A program made the translations under genes and the position numbers. From the NCBI GenBank assembly GCA_005882775.1, contig VBDY01000122.1, positions 9,317 to 73,316 on the forward strand: 64,000 bases of DNA, written 5' to 3'. The notes beneath the pieces are model-generated. The model was not told the origin of the DNA. It saw nothing but the letters and a program-made list of their open reading frames with translations, and ran no database searches. Positions 1-9,310 of this stretch are shown one piece after another. The DNA comes from Chloroflexota bacterium. GTDB lineage: Bacteria; Chloroflexota; Dormibacteria; CF-121. The first letter of the stretch is position 1. Each line of letters begins with the position of its first letter.

Positions 1-991
1 TGTCGACGATGACGTGCTCAAGCGAGCCCGCGAGCTTGGCACCGCGTGGGACAGCCTGGCCCGCGAAGAGACCGCGCTTTACCAGGCGGACATGGCGGCG
101 CTCAATGTGCTGCCTCCCGACGTGTTTCCGCGTGCCAGCGAGAGTATCCCCAGGATCATCGCCCTGGTTGCCCGGCTGCTGGCACAGGGCCACGCCTATG
201 TCAGCGGCGGGAACGTCTATTTCCGGGTAAACAGCCGGGCAGACTATGGCCGGCTCAGCCGGCTGCCGCCGGAGCGCATGGTCGAGCTATCCGCTCAACG
301 TGGCGCCGACCCGGACGATCCCCACAAACATGACCCGCTGGATTTCATCCTCTGGCAGAAGAGCGCGCCTGATGAACCCAGGTGGGAGAGTCCCTGGGGA
401 CTGGGCCGTCCGGGCTGGCACATCGAGTGCTCTGCGATGGTGCTGCAGTTCCTGGGTGACCAGGTCGACATCCACGGAGGCGGCCACGACCTCGTGTTCC
501 CCCATCACGAGAGCGAGATAGCACAGTCCGAATCGGCCACCGGGGTCTCGCCCTTCGCTCGCATCTGGATGCATGTCGGCATGCTCCGTTATCAAGGCGA
601 AAAGATGAGCAAGTCACTGGGAAACCTTGTCCTGGTGCATGACCTGCTGGGTCAGTACGACGCGGACACCCTGCGCGTGCTCCTGCTCGAGCACCACTAC
701 CGCGAATCGTGGGAGTACTCGGACGGGCTGCTGCGGTCCGCGGCAGGCCGGGTCGCCAGTCTCAGACAACAGGTTGCGTCCCTGCCCGACGGCTCGGGTT
801 CCGGTCGCGCCGGCGAGGTCTCCGCAGCCCTTGACGACGACCTGGACACGCCCCGGGCGCTGTCCGCCCTCGAAGTCAGCGTTCGGGGTGGCGGCCGGGG
901 CTGGCGTCGCGATGCCGAGCTGCTCGGCCTGCGTCTGCAGCCCGAAGCGGCACAGGCGAAGCCGCGGCCCAGCCGCTATCCTGTAAGTTGA
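1..991 (+). CDS. Class-I cysteine ligase (CysS/MshC family), 5'-truncated at window edge
   Basis: ORF 14..991 is open to the window start. GWHIECSAM and KMSKSLGN motifs are present. Only ~120 aa follow KMSKS, a short C-terminus as in MshC-type ligases; a canonical CysS is not excluded. Confidence 0.8.
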   Translation, partial: VDDDVLKRARELGTAWDSLAREETALYQADMAALNVLPPDVFPRASESIPRIIALVARLLAQGHAYVSGGNVYFRVNSRADYGRLSRLPPERMVELSAQRGADPDDPHKHDPLDFILWQKSAPDEPRWESPWGLGRPGWHIECSAMVLQFLGDQVDIHGGGHDLVFPHHESEIAQSESATGVSPFARIWMHVGMLRYQGEKMSKSLGNLVLVHDLLGQYDADTLRVLLLEHHYRESWEYSDGLLRSAAGRVASLRQQVASLPDGSGSGRAGEVSAALDDDLDTPRALSALEVSVRGGGRGWRRDAELLGLRLQPEAAQAKPRPSRYPVS

Positions 992-1090
992 CTTTCTCGA
1001 TCGCCCTGATCAACATCCCGCTGGACCGATCGTAAGGAGGAGCATTAACTGGTCGATCGCGCTGCACTGAAGACCAACCAGGCTGGGATC

Positions 1091-1426
1091 GTGCTCACGA
1101 TCCTGGTGGCTTTCCTGCTCGGGGCGCTCTGGCCAGGAGCGACGATCCTGATACCGGTCCTGGCAGCCGTGCTGCTGCTGGGCACCTTTGTCCCTGAGGC
1201 GGCGCTCTTCAAGCAGGTCTACGCACGTTTGCTGCGACCCGCCGGGCTGGTGCGAGCCCAGCCGGTTGCGGAGAGCCCCAAGCCCCATAACTTCGCCCAG
1301 CTGCTGGGTGGGATCTTCCTGGCCCTGTCCTCGCTCGTATTTTTCTTCTCGGTTCCACTCATCGGCTGGGCGCTGGCGCTGATCGTGCTGGCGCTGGCCG
1401 CGCTCAACCTCTTCTTCGGGTTTTGA
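1091..1426 (+). CDS. Small polytopic membrane protein (DUF4395-like)
   Basis: 111-aa ORF, 3-4 hydrophobic helices, no catalytic motif. Confidence 0.5.
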   Translation: MLTILVAFLLGALWPGATILIPVLAAVLLLGTFVPEAALFKQVYARLLRPAGLVRAQPVAESPKPHNFAQLLGGIFLALSSLVFFFSVPLIGWALALIVLALAALNLFFGF

Positions 1427-1479
1427 CTCGGCTGCCAGATTTATTACCGCCTTGAGCGGTATGGAGTGATTACGAAAAC

Positions 1480-1899
1480 ATGAGCGATCCGCTCCAGGCC
1501 CTCGTCTTGCGGCTGGGCGTTCTCGTCCTGGTGGCGGCGATTACCCTGGGAGCCTGGGCTGCTCTTTTAACCTGGAGCGCGTATCGCCGGCGTCGGGCCA
1601 TGCGAGCGTCCGCCGTGCCTGAGCTGGCCCAGGGAAAGCCGACCATTCTCCTCTTTACCGGGACCCTCTGCAGCGAGTGCCAGACCCAGAAGGAGATCAT
1701 CGACGGCCTGCTGAGCGAGGCTGCCAATGGCTGGCGCCTTCGGGAGGTCCACGCGGCCCGCGAGGTCATGGTGGCCCGCCGCTTTGGCGTGGAGACCGTC
1801 CCTGCCACGGTCGTGATCGACGCGGGGGGCCGCCCTCGGGCGGTCAATTACGGACTGATCGACGCTGGTAGTCTCCGCGAGCAGCTAGCGGCCGGCTAA
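1480..1899 (+). CDS. Thioredoxin-fold protein with N-terminal membrane anchor
   Basis: N-terminal TM helix followed by a CSEC (CxxC) redox motif in a Trx-like context. Confidence 0.6.
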   Translation: MSDPLQALVLRLGVLVLVAAITLGAWAALLTWSAYRRRRAMRASAVPELAQGKPTILLFTGTLCSECQTQKEIIDGLLSEAANGWRLREVHAAREVMVARRFGVETVPATVVIDAGGRPRAVNYGLIDAGSLREQLAAG

Positions 1900-2325
1900 C
1901 TTCTCAGCCGGCCTGACCCGATGGACCTGCGGCAGCCCAGCCGCTGGGAAGGGGAGCAGGTCCGCCGCACCCCTGCGCTCGAGCTCCTGTTTGAGACTGG
2001 TGGTCTCGGTGATCAGGCGCTCCACGTCGATCGTCATGCAGCTCGGCCGGTAGGACTCGAGCTTCTCCAGGCCCTGTCGGAGCTTGGCCACCGCGCCTCG
2101 CCAATTGCCCCGGCGCCAGTGGTAGAAGCCAACACCGACCTGCAGAATCCCCTGGTAGAGGTAGCGGACCGGGTCCGGCTCTTTGATCCAGATCGCTTCC
2201 AGGGTTTCGTGCTGCTCGAAGAATTCGCCCCGGTTGAACTCCTCGATCCCGCGGAGCAGCCCGTCGGGCGGCGCGTCGGAGCAGCGCAGGCTGGGGCCTG
2301 GCTTCGATTTACGGATCGGCGTCAC
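1885..2325 (-). CDS. DUF309 domain protein
   Basis: FNRGEFFEQHETLEAIW...YQGILQVGVGFYHWRRGNWRGA matches the DUF309 signature. Convergent with the Trx-like gene, with a 15-nt overlap. Confidence 0.6.
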   Translation of the reverse strand: MTPIRKSKPGPSLRCSDAPPDGLLRGIEEFNRGEFFEQHETLEAIWIKEPDPVRYLYQGILQVGVGFYHWRRGNWRGAVAKLRQGLEKLESYRPSCMTIDVERLITETTSLKQELERRGAADLLPFPAAGLPQVHRVRPAEKLAGR

Positions 2326-3557
2326 GCCCGGGCTTGGGCGGCGGAAGCCGAAACGCGCGCGGTGTCGCCGTCCGGCGAAGCCGCTGGCAGCTCCAGATAG
2401 AAGGTTGTGCCCTTGCCCTCCAGGCTGTTCGCCCAGGCGCGGCCGCCGTGAGCTGCGGCCACCCGCCGGAGCAGGTAGAGGCCCAGCCCCTGGCCGCGCG
2501 CCGGCTGCTGGCTGGCCGAAGGCAACGGCCCGAACAGCTCGGCCAGCCGCTCCGCCGAGATGCCCGGACCATCGTCCTTGACGATCAGCTGAAAGCGGTC
2601 GGCTGTGGGCTGGCGCAGCCGCAGCTGGACAACGGTGGCCGATCGGGCATGCGCAAACACGTTCTGCAGCATCTCGTCCAGCGCAGCCTCGAGCAGAGCG
2701 GCGTCGCCCCAGACCTCGCCCTGCACGTCCAGCTGGACGCGAAGCTCCACGCCTGCCTCATCCATGCGCTGACGCACTCTGTCGGCCGATGCGCGCGCCA
2801 CCGAAATCAGGGAAACGCGGACGGTGAAAGCGAGCTTGAGGGGTAGCCGCGACATGAGCATCACCTGGTCCGCGATCCGCATCACCGTTTCGGACTGCAT
2901 GGCCAGGCGGCGGGCGACCAGCGGCATCTCCTCGGCGGGCACCTCGTTGTGGCTGAGCATGTCTGCATAACCTCGGATGATCGCCAGCGGCTCCTCCACT
3001 TCATGCGAAGCCAGCCGGACCGCCGATACCGGAGTGCGCGCACCGGCGCGATCGGTGGACTCTGTTCCTCCGTCGGCGTCAAGGCGCGGACTGATCAAGC
3101 CGGCGACCACGAGCAGAAGATCAACGTCCCGTTCGCTGAAGATCCTGGCGCCCTTTCCGAGCACCGCCAGCGTGCCGTACGGCGTCCCATCCGCCACGGT
3201 GATCGGGACGCCCAGGTAGCTGGTCACGTGCAAGAGGTGGCGCATGGGCAGGTCCCTGAAAGGCTCCCGCTTGGCGGCGTCGCGGACATTGACCGGGGCG
3301 CCGTCCTCGCCCGCGCCCGCGAAGGTGTCGTCGAGGGGTATCCGGAGCCCGATCTCGATGGTCGGCCCCTCGGCGCTGACCGCATCCACCATCTCGAGTG
3401 CGCCGTCGTCGATCCGCGCCACAAATGCGGCGCGTACGCCCAGAGCCTCCACCAGGCACTCGAGCGACCGCTGAATCAACTCGGGCAGCGGCCGGCTCAA
3501 ATGCGGCAGCAGCATGCGGCGCACGTGGGACAGGTGCGACTGCCGGTCAGGGCTCAT
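2322..3557 (-). CDS. Sensor histidine kinase with GAF domain
   Basis: GAF-like N-terminal region, a HisKA helix (ASHEVEEPLAIIRGYADML) and a HATPase_c segment (DDGPGI...GQGLGLYLLRR...GKGTTFYLELP). The start is taken at the internal Met (MSPDRQ); the ORF extends to 3665. Confidence 0.8.
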   Translation of the reverse strand: MSPDRQSHLSHVRRMLLPHLSRPLPELIQRSLECLVEALGVRAAFVARIDDGALEMVDAVSAEGPTIEIGLRIPLDDTFAGAGEDGAPVNVRDAAKREPFRDLPMRHLLHVTSYLGVPITVADGTPYGTLAVLGKGARIFSERDVDLLLVVAGLISPRLDADGGTESTDRAGARTPVSAVRLASHEVEEPLAIIRGYADMLSHNEVPAEEMPLVARRLAMQSETVMRIADQVMLMSRLPLKLAFTVRVSLISVARASADRVRQRMDEAGVELRVQLDVQGEVWGDAALLEAALDEMLQNVFAHARSATVVQLRLRQPTADRFQLIVKDDGPGISAERLAELFGPLPSASQQPARGQGLGLYLLRRVAAAHGGRAWANSLEGKGTTFYLELPAASPDGDTARVSASAAQARA

Positions 3558-3588
3558 AGGGGGCGCCCAGTTTATAACACGAGTTACC

Positions 3589-3616
3589 GCCTCTATTGCG
3601 CGCGTTACGGCGCGCG
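3589..3616. repeat. 28-nt GC-hairpin motif gcctctWttgcgcgcgttacggcgcgcg, copy 1
   Basis: Near-identical copy (1 mismatch) at 54436-54463. It contains the self-complementary GCGCGC-ttacg-GCGCGC. It lies 32 nt from the divergent kinase start and ~60 nt upstream of the PHP gene. Confidence 0.6.
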
Positions 3617-3676
3617 CTTTGGGCCGGCGGGCACGGCTCGGGCCTGGATCGGCCCTCGCCTCCATAATGTCCCAAC

Positions 3677-4552
3677 ATGGCTGACCTTTCCAACGGTCAC
3701 GCCAACCTGCACCTGCATACGGTCTTCAGCGACGGCGAGCTCCAGCCTGCGGATGTCGTCAGGGCGCACGCCCGGGCCGGGTTCGCTGCAATCGCGCTTA
3801 CCGACCACGACACCCTGGCCGGGGTTGACGCCCTCGGCGATCTGCAGGGTTGGGGCGTGCGCATCCTTTCCGGCGTGGAGCTGTCGATCGAGGACGAGCC
3901 CGACCGCGGCCTGATCGAGGCACACCTGCTCGGCTATGCCTTCGACCTGGACGACGCCTCCATGCGTCTCCGCCTCCGCCTGGCGAGCGAAGAACGGGAG
4001 ACGCAGAAGCGCGAGACCGTCCGGCTGCTCGCGGAGGCCGGGTATCCAGTCGACTGGGAGGCGGTGCGCAGGCGCGCGCTGGGGAACGTGGGCAAGCCAC
4101 ACATCGTAGCTGCGGTGGAGGCGGCCAGTCGCCAGGTCTCGCGCGAGGAGCTTTACGCCGTCATGGGTCCGGGTGGCCGGGCCCACGTCGGCCGAGCCCA
4201 GGACCTCCGCCTGGACGACGCCGTGGCGCTGGTGCGTGCCGCAGGCGGCGTTGCCGTGCTCGCCCACCCGGGAGTCTATGACCACGTGGAAGACCTCGAG
4301 CTGTCGTTTCGGACCTGCGCGGCCGCTGGTGTGGGCGGTCTTGAGGTCACCTACCCGCAAGACCCGCAGGATCCCTACGGAGAACGAAGCAGGAAGTTGA
4401 TGGACCGCTTCGCTGAGGTCGCCCGCCGATATGGTTGGGTCGCGACCGGAGGCGATGATTTTCACGGACCGGTGGTCACCCCTCGGATCCGGCTGGCAGC
4501 CTGGACAGCCACCCCGGCCTCATGCGTCGACGAGCTACTGGCTCGGGTCTGA
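3677..4552 (+). CDS. PHP-domain phosphoesterase
   Basis: NLHLHTVFSDG...ALTDHDT...GVEL...HP...GGDDFHG histidine-rich PHP motifs. Confidence 0.8.
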   Translation: MADLSNGHANLHLHTVFSDGELQPADVVRAHARAGFAAIALTDHDTLAGVDALGDLQGWGVRILSGVELSIEDEPDRGLIEAHLLGYAFDLDDASMRLRLRLASEERETQKRETVRLLAEAGYPVDWEAVRRRALGNVGKPHIVAAVEAASRQVSREELYAVMGPGGRAHVGRAQDLRLDDAVALVRAAGGVAVLAHPGVYDHVEDLELSFRTCAAAGVGGLEVTYPQDPQDPYGERSRKLMDRFAEVARRYGWVATGGDDFHGPVVTPRIRLAAWTATPASCVDELLARV

Positions 4553-4559
4553 CCGGCGG

Positions 4560-5975
4560 TCAGCTGGCAGTTAGGAATTCGGTCACGGCGGCGCTCACCA
4601 CGTCCGGCCGGTCCAGCGGAAGGAAGTGCCCGCCGGGATCGATCACCTGCAATTTCGCGTTTCGCAGCTTTCCCTTCAGATGCTCGCCCCAGCGCGGCTC
4701 CAGGAAACGATCGTTCGCTCCCCAGAGGACGAGGGTGGGAATGTCGAGCTCATCGATGTGGCGCGACCGGCTGACCAGGTCGCGGTTGTTGAGCGCCCGG
4801 GCCGCCCGCAGGTAGGCTCGCCGGCCGGCCACGTCGTTGAATGGTCGGACCCATTCGTCCACCAACTCATCAGTCACGCGGTCGGGTGTGGTGATGCCGG
4901 CTTCGAGTCCCTTACGCAGCCCGGCGCGCAGGTCAAGCCCGACCATGATCTGGTCCCAGGCGGGCTCCTTTAGCCGGGCGATCTCCGGGATGGGCCAGGC
5001 GTTGTCGACGATGCTGTCGATCAACACCAGCTTGGCCACCCGCCCGGGCGCGTCGACGGCGATCAGCTGGGCGATGCCGCCACCGATGTCGTGGCCGATC
5101 ACCGCGGCTCTGTGTACCCCGAGCGATTCCATGAACGCGACCAGGTATCGCGCCTGGGCGGCGACGGACAGGTCCGCATCCAGGCGCTTGTCGGAATCGC
5201 CGTACCCGACCAGGTCTGGCGCCAGCACATCGAAATGCTCAGCCAGCGGGTCGATCAGGTCGCGCCAGAGATATGACGAGCTGGGAATGCCGTGGATGAG
5301 GACTACCGGCGGCCCCTGGCCTTTGCGCAGATAGGCAATGTCGCCGACGGACACCCGGACGCGGCGCTTGCCCTGGGCCAGGGGCGCGGCGGCGATGGGT
5401 GGCAGACTGGGTTGAGACGGCGTGGCGGAGGCGGGTGAATGCTCGAGCGGCGACGGCGGGGCGTCAAACCTGGGTGCCGGCGGCTGAGCGACCTCGGTTG
5501 GAGCCTCGACCACGCTGAGCTCCGCGCGACGGGGCAGGATGAGATTGGTGGACGTCGCGTAGGCGACCAGCTGGTTCTTGCCGTCCACCACATTGGCCTC
5601 CGCGACGGCAACCTGGCGCCCGCGGTGGATGACCTTCCCCGTGCCTCGCAACGTGCCCGACTCGACCGTGAGCGGCCGCAGGAAATTAACCTTGAACTCC
5701 GCGGTGGTGAAGTTCTCGCTCGGGGCAAGGGTGCTGAAGACCGCCAGGCCCATGGCGCTGTCGGCAAGCGACGCAATCGCCCCGCCATGCACAACCTGGT
5801 TGGGGTTGTAGTGCTCCTCCCGAATCGGCATCTCGAAGGTCGCGCTGCCCTCGGCGAAGGCGGTCAGTCGCATGTTGAGGAGCGAGGCGTAGGGTGGACC
5901 CGGGATTCGACCGGCGAGCACGGCCGCCAGGTAGTCCCGGCCTGAAGGGCCTTCCGGCTCGGGCATGGCCCGCAT
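4560..5975 (-). CDS. Fusion protein: PaaI-type hotdog thioesterase (N-term) plus alpha/beta-hydrolase (C-term)
   Basis: YNPNQVVHGGAIASLADSAMGLAV hotdog motif, a Pro-rich linker, then HGIPSSSYLWRDL...GHDIGGG... alpha/beta-hydrolase fold. The start is placed at MRAMPEPEG (the ORF is open to 6215). Confidence 0.7.
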   Translation of the reverse strand: MRAMPEPEGPSGRDYLAAVLAGRIPGPPYASLLNMRLTAFAEGSATFEMPIREEHYNPNQVVHGGAIASLADSAMGLAVFSTLAPSENFTTAEFKVNFLRPLTVESGTLRGTGKVIHRGRQVAVAEANVVDGKNQLVAYATSTNLILPRRAELSVVEAPTEVAQPPAPRFDAPPSPLEHSPASATPSQPSLPPIAAAPLAQGKRRVRVSVGDIAYLRKGQGPPVVLIHGIPSSSYLWRDLIDPLAEHFDVLAPDLVGYGDSDKRLDADLSVAAQARYLVAFMESLGVHRAAVIGHDIGGGIAQLIAVDAPGRVAKLVLIDSIVDNAWPIPEIARLKEPAWDQIMVGLDLRAGLRKGLEAGITTPDRVTDELVDEWVRPFNDVAGRRAYLRAARALNNRDLVSRSRHIDELDIPTLVLWGANDRFLEPRWGEHLKGKLRNAKLQVIDPGGHFLPLDRPDVVSAAVTEFLTAS

Positions 5976-6014
5976 TGTAGTTGTAAGCGCCACGCAAAGT
6001 GCTAACTTGCGAGG

Positions 6015-6386
6015 ATGAGCATTGAGACCAGCCGGCCCGTTCAGCAGCGAACGGTCGAGACCGTTTCCGCCCGGGCGGTGACCGATGAAGGTGCCGCCCA
6101 GATCCAGATCCGCGAGGTCTTCACCGGAAAGGACGGCGCCCCCACATTTGCCATGCGCCGGTTCGATGTCGCTCCCGGCGGCCACACGCCCTTTCACGTC
6201 CACGCCTGGGAGCACGAGGTCTACATCCTCGATGGCGAGGGTGAGCTTCGGTTGGAGGACGGCGTGCGACCGTTCAAGAAGGGCGACGCGCTAATGGTCC
6301 CCGCCGGCGTCCGCCACCAGTTCGCCGGCACCCAGCGCGGCTCATTGCAATTCCTCTGCATGATTCCCGTCCAGGAGAACTGCTAA
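6015..6386 (+). CDS. Cupin-2 domain protein
   Basis: GGHTPFHVHAWEHEVYILDGEG...GDALMVPAGVRHQF cupin motifs. Confidence 0.7.
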   Translation: MSIETSRPVQQRTVETVSARAVTDEGAAQIQIREVFTGKDGAPTFAMRRFDVAPGGHTPFHVHAWEHEVYILDGEGELRLEDGVRPFKKGDALMVPAGVRHQFAGTQRGSLQFLCMIPVQENC

Positions 6387-6559
6387 CTACCTACGCGAAG
6401 AAACTAAGCCGGCGATTGCGCTCCGTTCCGGCCGGCGCCGCGGCACTCGCACCAAATTTGATGTGCTCGTTTGCCTGACGCCGGCCTACTCCGCGCTCGC
6501 CGGACGCTAAAGCTCGCTCCGCTCGGCTAAAGGCCGCGCCTGCGGCGCGGCTGCGTCTT

Positions 6560-6700
6560 TCTAAGCCCGCGCACCCCTGTAACGGTGGGGTCACGATGGG
6601 GTGATAGAGCGTCACGCCGATGCAAGGCATGGCCAACTTCCCGAGTTCAGAGCATATAGGCCCGTGACCAGCGCGGGTCGCCGGAGATCAAGGGGGAATT
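6560..6700 (+). ncRNA. Candidate ydaO-type (c-di-AMP) riboswitch in the 370-nt leader of the LysM-CHAP hydrolase gene
   Basis: Ordered elements resembling ydaO conserved blocks: acgGUGGGGUCAc, gaUGGGGUGAUAga, CCCGAGuucag, uAGGCCCGug, gCCGGAG. The leader is long and the downstream gene is a cell-wall hydrolase, a typical target. This is a pattern-memory match only. Confidence 0.25.
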
Positions 6701-6757
6701 TCTCTGAAGAACGCTGCGCCACGCTATGCGACGCACTCGGCCGTTCTGATAGCGGCC

Positions 6758-7666
6758 GTGGCGTTGCCCTGGCTCGTGCTCCACGTGCCGGTCGGCGCCG
6801 CGCCCGCACTTGCCCAGAACCGCGCCACGCCAGCCCTGGGCGTGCGCTCATCGATGGCGGGACCCGTGGTGGACGGCATCAGCTGGTCGACCAGCGGATC
6901 CCTGGTCATCCCACCCCTGACGGTCACCCCGCCGGCGGTGAAGCACCGCGACGTCATCCGGTATCGGGCCGTCCAGGGTGATAGCCTGCGCGCCCTCGCC
7001 TCGACCTACGGCCTGAGCGTCAATACCCTCGTCTGGTCAAACCCGGGGGCGGTCGACCGCCTGACAGCTGGACAGGAGATCCTGATCCCTCCGGTGGACG
7101 GGGTGCTGGTGACCGTCCAACCAACTGACAGCGTCGATGCGCTGGCCCGCAAGTACCGGGCCGAGTCGGACGCCGTCATCGAGTTCAACTTCCTCGAGCA
7201 CCCCGAGAGGCTGGCCGCCGGCAGCTACCTGATGATCCCGTACGGCGTCGGGCCCGAGCCTCCGGCCGCGCCGCCCGCCTCGCCCCACAAGGTGGCGGCT
7301 GGGCATCGGGCGGTTTACGTGACCCCCATCTACTCGGCGGGCGTCGGTACCAGTTATCCCTTCGGACAATGCACCTGGTACGTCAACACCCGACGAGCCG
7401 CGCCCTGGGGCGGCAATGCCTGGCAGTGGTACGGGCGCGCCCGGGCGTGGGGCCGCCCGGTTGGCTCCACCCCCCGGGTGGGCGCCATCATGGTGACCTG
7501 GGAATCCCCCTACTGGGGGCACGTCGCCTACGTGGAGCAGGTCTACTCCGACGGCAGCTGGTTGGTGTCGGAAATGAACTACTACTCCAACGGTGGCGGC
7601 TGGGGACGCGTCAGCTACAGGCACGTGATTCCGGGCACGATTCCGCTGATCGGCTTCATCTACTAA
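6758..7666 (+). CDS. Secreted peptidoglycan hydrolase: two LysM domains plus a C-terminal CHAP domain
   Basis: Signal peptide, two LysM-like repeats (YRAVQGDSLRALASTYGLSVNTLVWSN and VQPTDSVDALARKYRAESDAVIEFN), then a CHAP domain with QCTWYV...GHVAYVE (Cys/His). Confidence 0.8.
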   Translation: MALPWLVLHVPVGAAPALAQNRATPALGVRSSMAGPVVDGISWSTSGSLVIPPLTVTPPAVKHRDVIRYRAVQGDSLRALASTYGLSVNTLVWSNPGAVDRLTAGQEILIPPVDGVLVTVQPTDSVDALARKYRAESDAVIEFNFLEHPERLAAGSYLMIPYGVGPEPPAAPPASPHKVAAGHRAVYVTPIYSAGVGTSYPFGQCTWYVNTRRAAPWGGNAWQWYGRARAWGRPVGSTPRVGAIMVTWESPYWGHVAYVEQVYSDGSWLVSEMNYYSNGGGWGRVSYRHVIPGTIPLIGFIY

Positions 7667-9042
7667 GCCTCCAGCGCTCGGCCCGCGGCGAACAACCTGC
7701 TTTCCTCTCCCCAGGGCGCGACCAGCTGCAGGCCCACCGGCAGCCTCGAGTCAACCGGGCAGGGCACCGATAGCGCCGGCAGGCCGGTCAGGTTGAAGGG
7801 CAGGGTCAGCCGTACCAGCGCGGCGTCGACGGCTTCCTCCTTCGAGCCCCAGCGCACGCGTCGATCGCCTACCGGCGGCGCGACGATCGCTGTGGTCGGC
7901 ATGGCGAGAACGTCCACCTGGTCGAAGGCGCGTCGAAGCGCTTCGCGTAACCGGACCCGGGCGCGTTGGGCTAGCACGTAGTCGGACGCGGGAATAAGGG
8001 CGCCGAGCTGGAGCCTGGTTCGGACGTCCTCTCCGTAGGACCGCGGGCGGCGGCGCAGCCATTCGGCGTGCACAGCGGCTGCCTCCGCCCGCAGCGTCAC
8101 CAGCTGGATGGTTTCCGCCCAGGCCAGCTCGGGGATCTCGAGCCTCCGGGTGCGCATCCCGGCGCGGCGCAGCTCAGCCACGGCGGCCTCGACCGCGCTT
8201 GCGACAGCTGGTTGGACCAATCGGAAAGTCGGCCCTTGCAAAACGCCGAGCCGTAGCTCGCGCAGCGCCGGCCGTCGTGTCCGTGTACGAGAGGTGAGGA
8301 CCTCGAGCAAGAGCTCGGCATCGTCGACGGTCCGGGTGAGGGGACCGGCATGGTCGAGCGTCCATCCGAGCGGAAAGGCGCCCTCCACGGGGACGGAGCC
8401 GTAAGTTGGCTTGAGGCCGACGCACCCGCACAGTGCCGCCGGGATCCGGATCGATCCGCCCGTATCGCTTCCCAGTGCCGCGGCCGACATCCCGGCCACC
8501 ACCGCGATCGCCGAGCCGCCGCTCGACCCGCCCGGAATCCGGGCGGGATCAACCGGGTTGCGCGCCGTGCCCCACCAGGGATTCGCATTGGTGACTCCGT
8601 AGGCGAACTCGTGGAGGTTGGTCTTGCCGAGGATGAGAGCGCCCGCGCCGCGCAGCCGGGACACGACCGCGGCGTCCGTCCGCGGGACCCAGCTTCGCAG
8701 GATCCGCGACCCCACCGTGGTTCGCACACCGGCGGTGGCGAACAGGTCCTTGATCGCGAGCGGAACGCCGAGCAACGGCCGGGCGTCCCCGGCCAGGAGC
8801 CTACGCTCCGCCAGGCGTGCCTGCCGTCGAGCGGACTCCGCGGATACGGTGATGAACGCTTTCAGGTCACGCCCCGCTGTGATGCGCTCTAAGTAGGCGT
8901 CGACCAAATCTATGGGGGACGCCTGGCGCGACTGCAGCAGCCGGGCGATCCGCGTCAGCGGCGCGCTGGTCAGGTCAGTCGCTGCCAAGTGGATCCGCGG
9001 TCTCGTGGAGCGCATCACGCAAAGAGGTGACCAGCGCGGCAT
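7663..9042 (-). CDS. Amidase (amidase-signature family)
   Basis: GGSSGGSAIAVVAGMSAAALGSDTGGSIRIPAALCGCVGLKPTYG is the amidase signature. The start could alternatively be 9015 (MRSTRP); neither has a good SD. Confidence 0.85.
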   Translation of the reverse strand: MPRWSPLCVMRSTRPRIHLAATDLTSAPLTRIARLLQSRQASPIDLVDAYLERITAGRDLKAFITVSAESARRQARLAERRLLAGDARPLLGVPLAIKDLFATAGVRTTVGSRILRSWVPRTDAAVVSRLRGAGALILGKTNLHEFAYGVTNANPWWGTARNPVDPARIPGGSSGGSAIAVVAGMSAAALGSDTGGSIRIPAALCGCVGLKPTYGSVPVEGAFPLGWTLDHAGPLTRTVDDAELLLEVLTSRTRTRRPALRELRLGVLQGPTFRLVQPAVASAVEAAVAELRRAGMRTRRLEIPELAWAETIQLVTLRAEAAAVHAEWLRRRPRSYGEDVRTRLQLGALIPASDYVLAQRARVRLREALRRAFDQVDVLAMPTTAIVAPPVGDRRVRWGSKEEAVDAALVRLTLPFNLTGLPALSVPCPVDSRLPVGLQLVAPWGEESRLFAAGRALEA

Positions 9043-9310
9043 AACGCTGCCACGGTTTGACCAGGCGATCGAGGTCCGCCGCGGTGAGTCGCAGCCCCGC
9101 GGCCTCGGCGCGCGCGGCCAACTGCTCCCTCTTCGTCACGCAAACAGTATGCCAACGGGCTGGTCGTGGTTCTGACAGTGACCGCGTTTGACAAGCGCAT
9201 GTGAGGGTCCTAAGCTGCGCATGGCCATTTCGCCATCCCGCTGGGGAAGGTGCTGGCTGGCGGGCCGTCGCTGTACCGTTTCAACCACTTGGTGTAAGGA
9301 GCCCTCAACG

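Noticed and set aside
8912-9200. Small ORFs 8912..9175 (+) and 9015..9200 (-) at the amidase 5' end
   Set aside because: They overlap the amidase start region, have skewed composition, and have no RBS or motif. They were treated as noise, but they make the exact amidase start (9015 vs 9042) uncertain.
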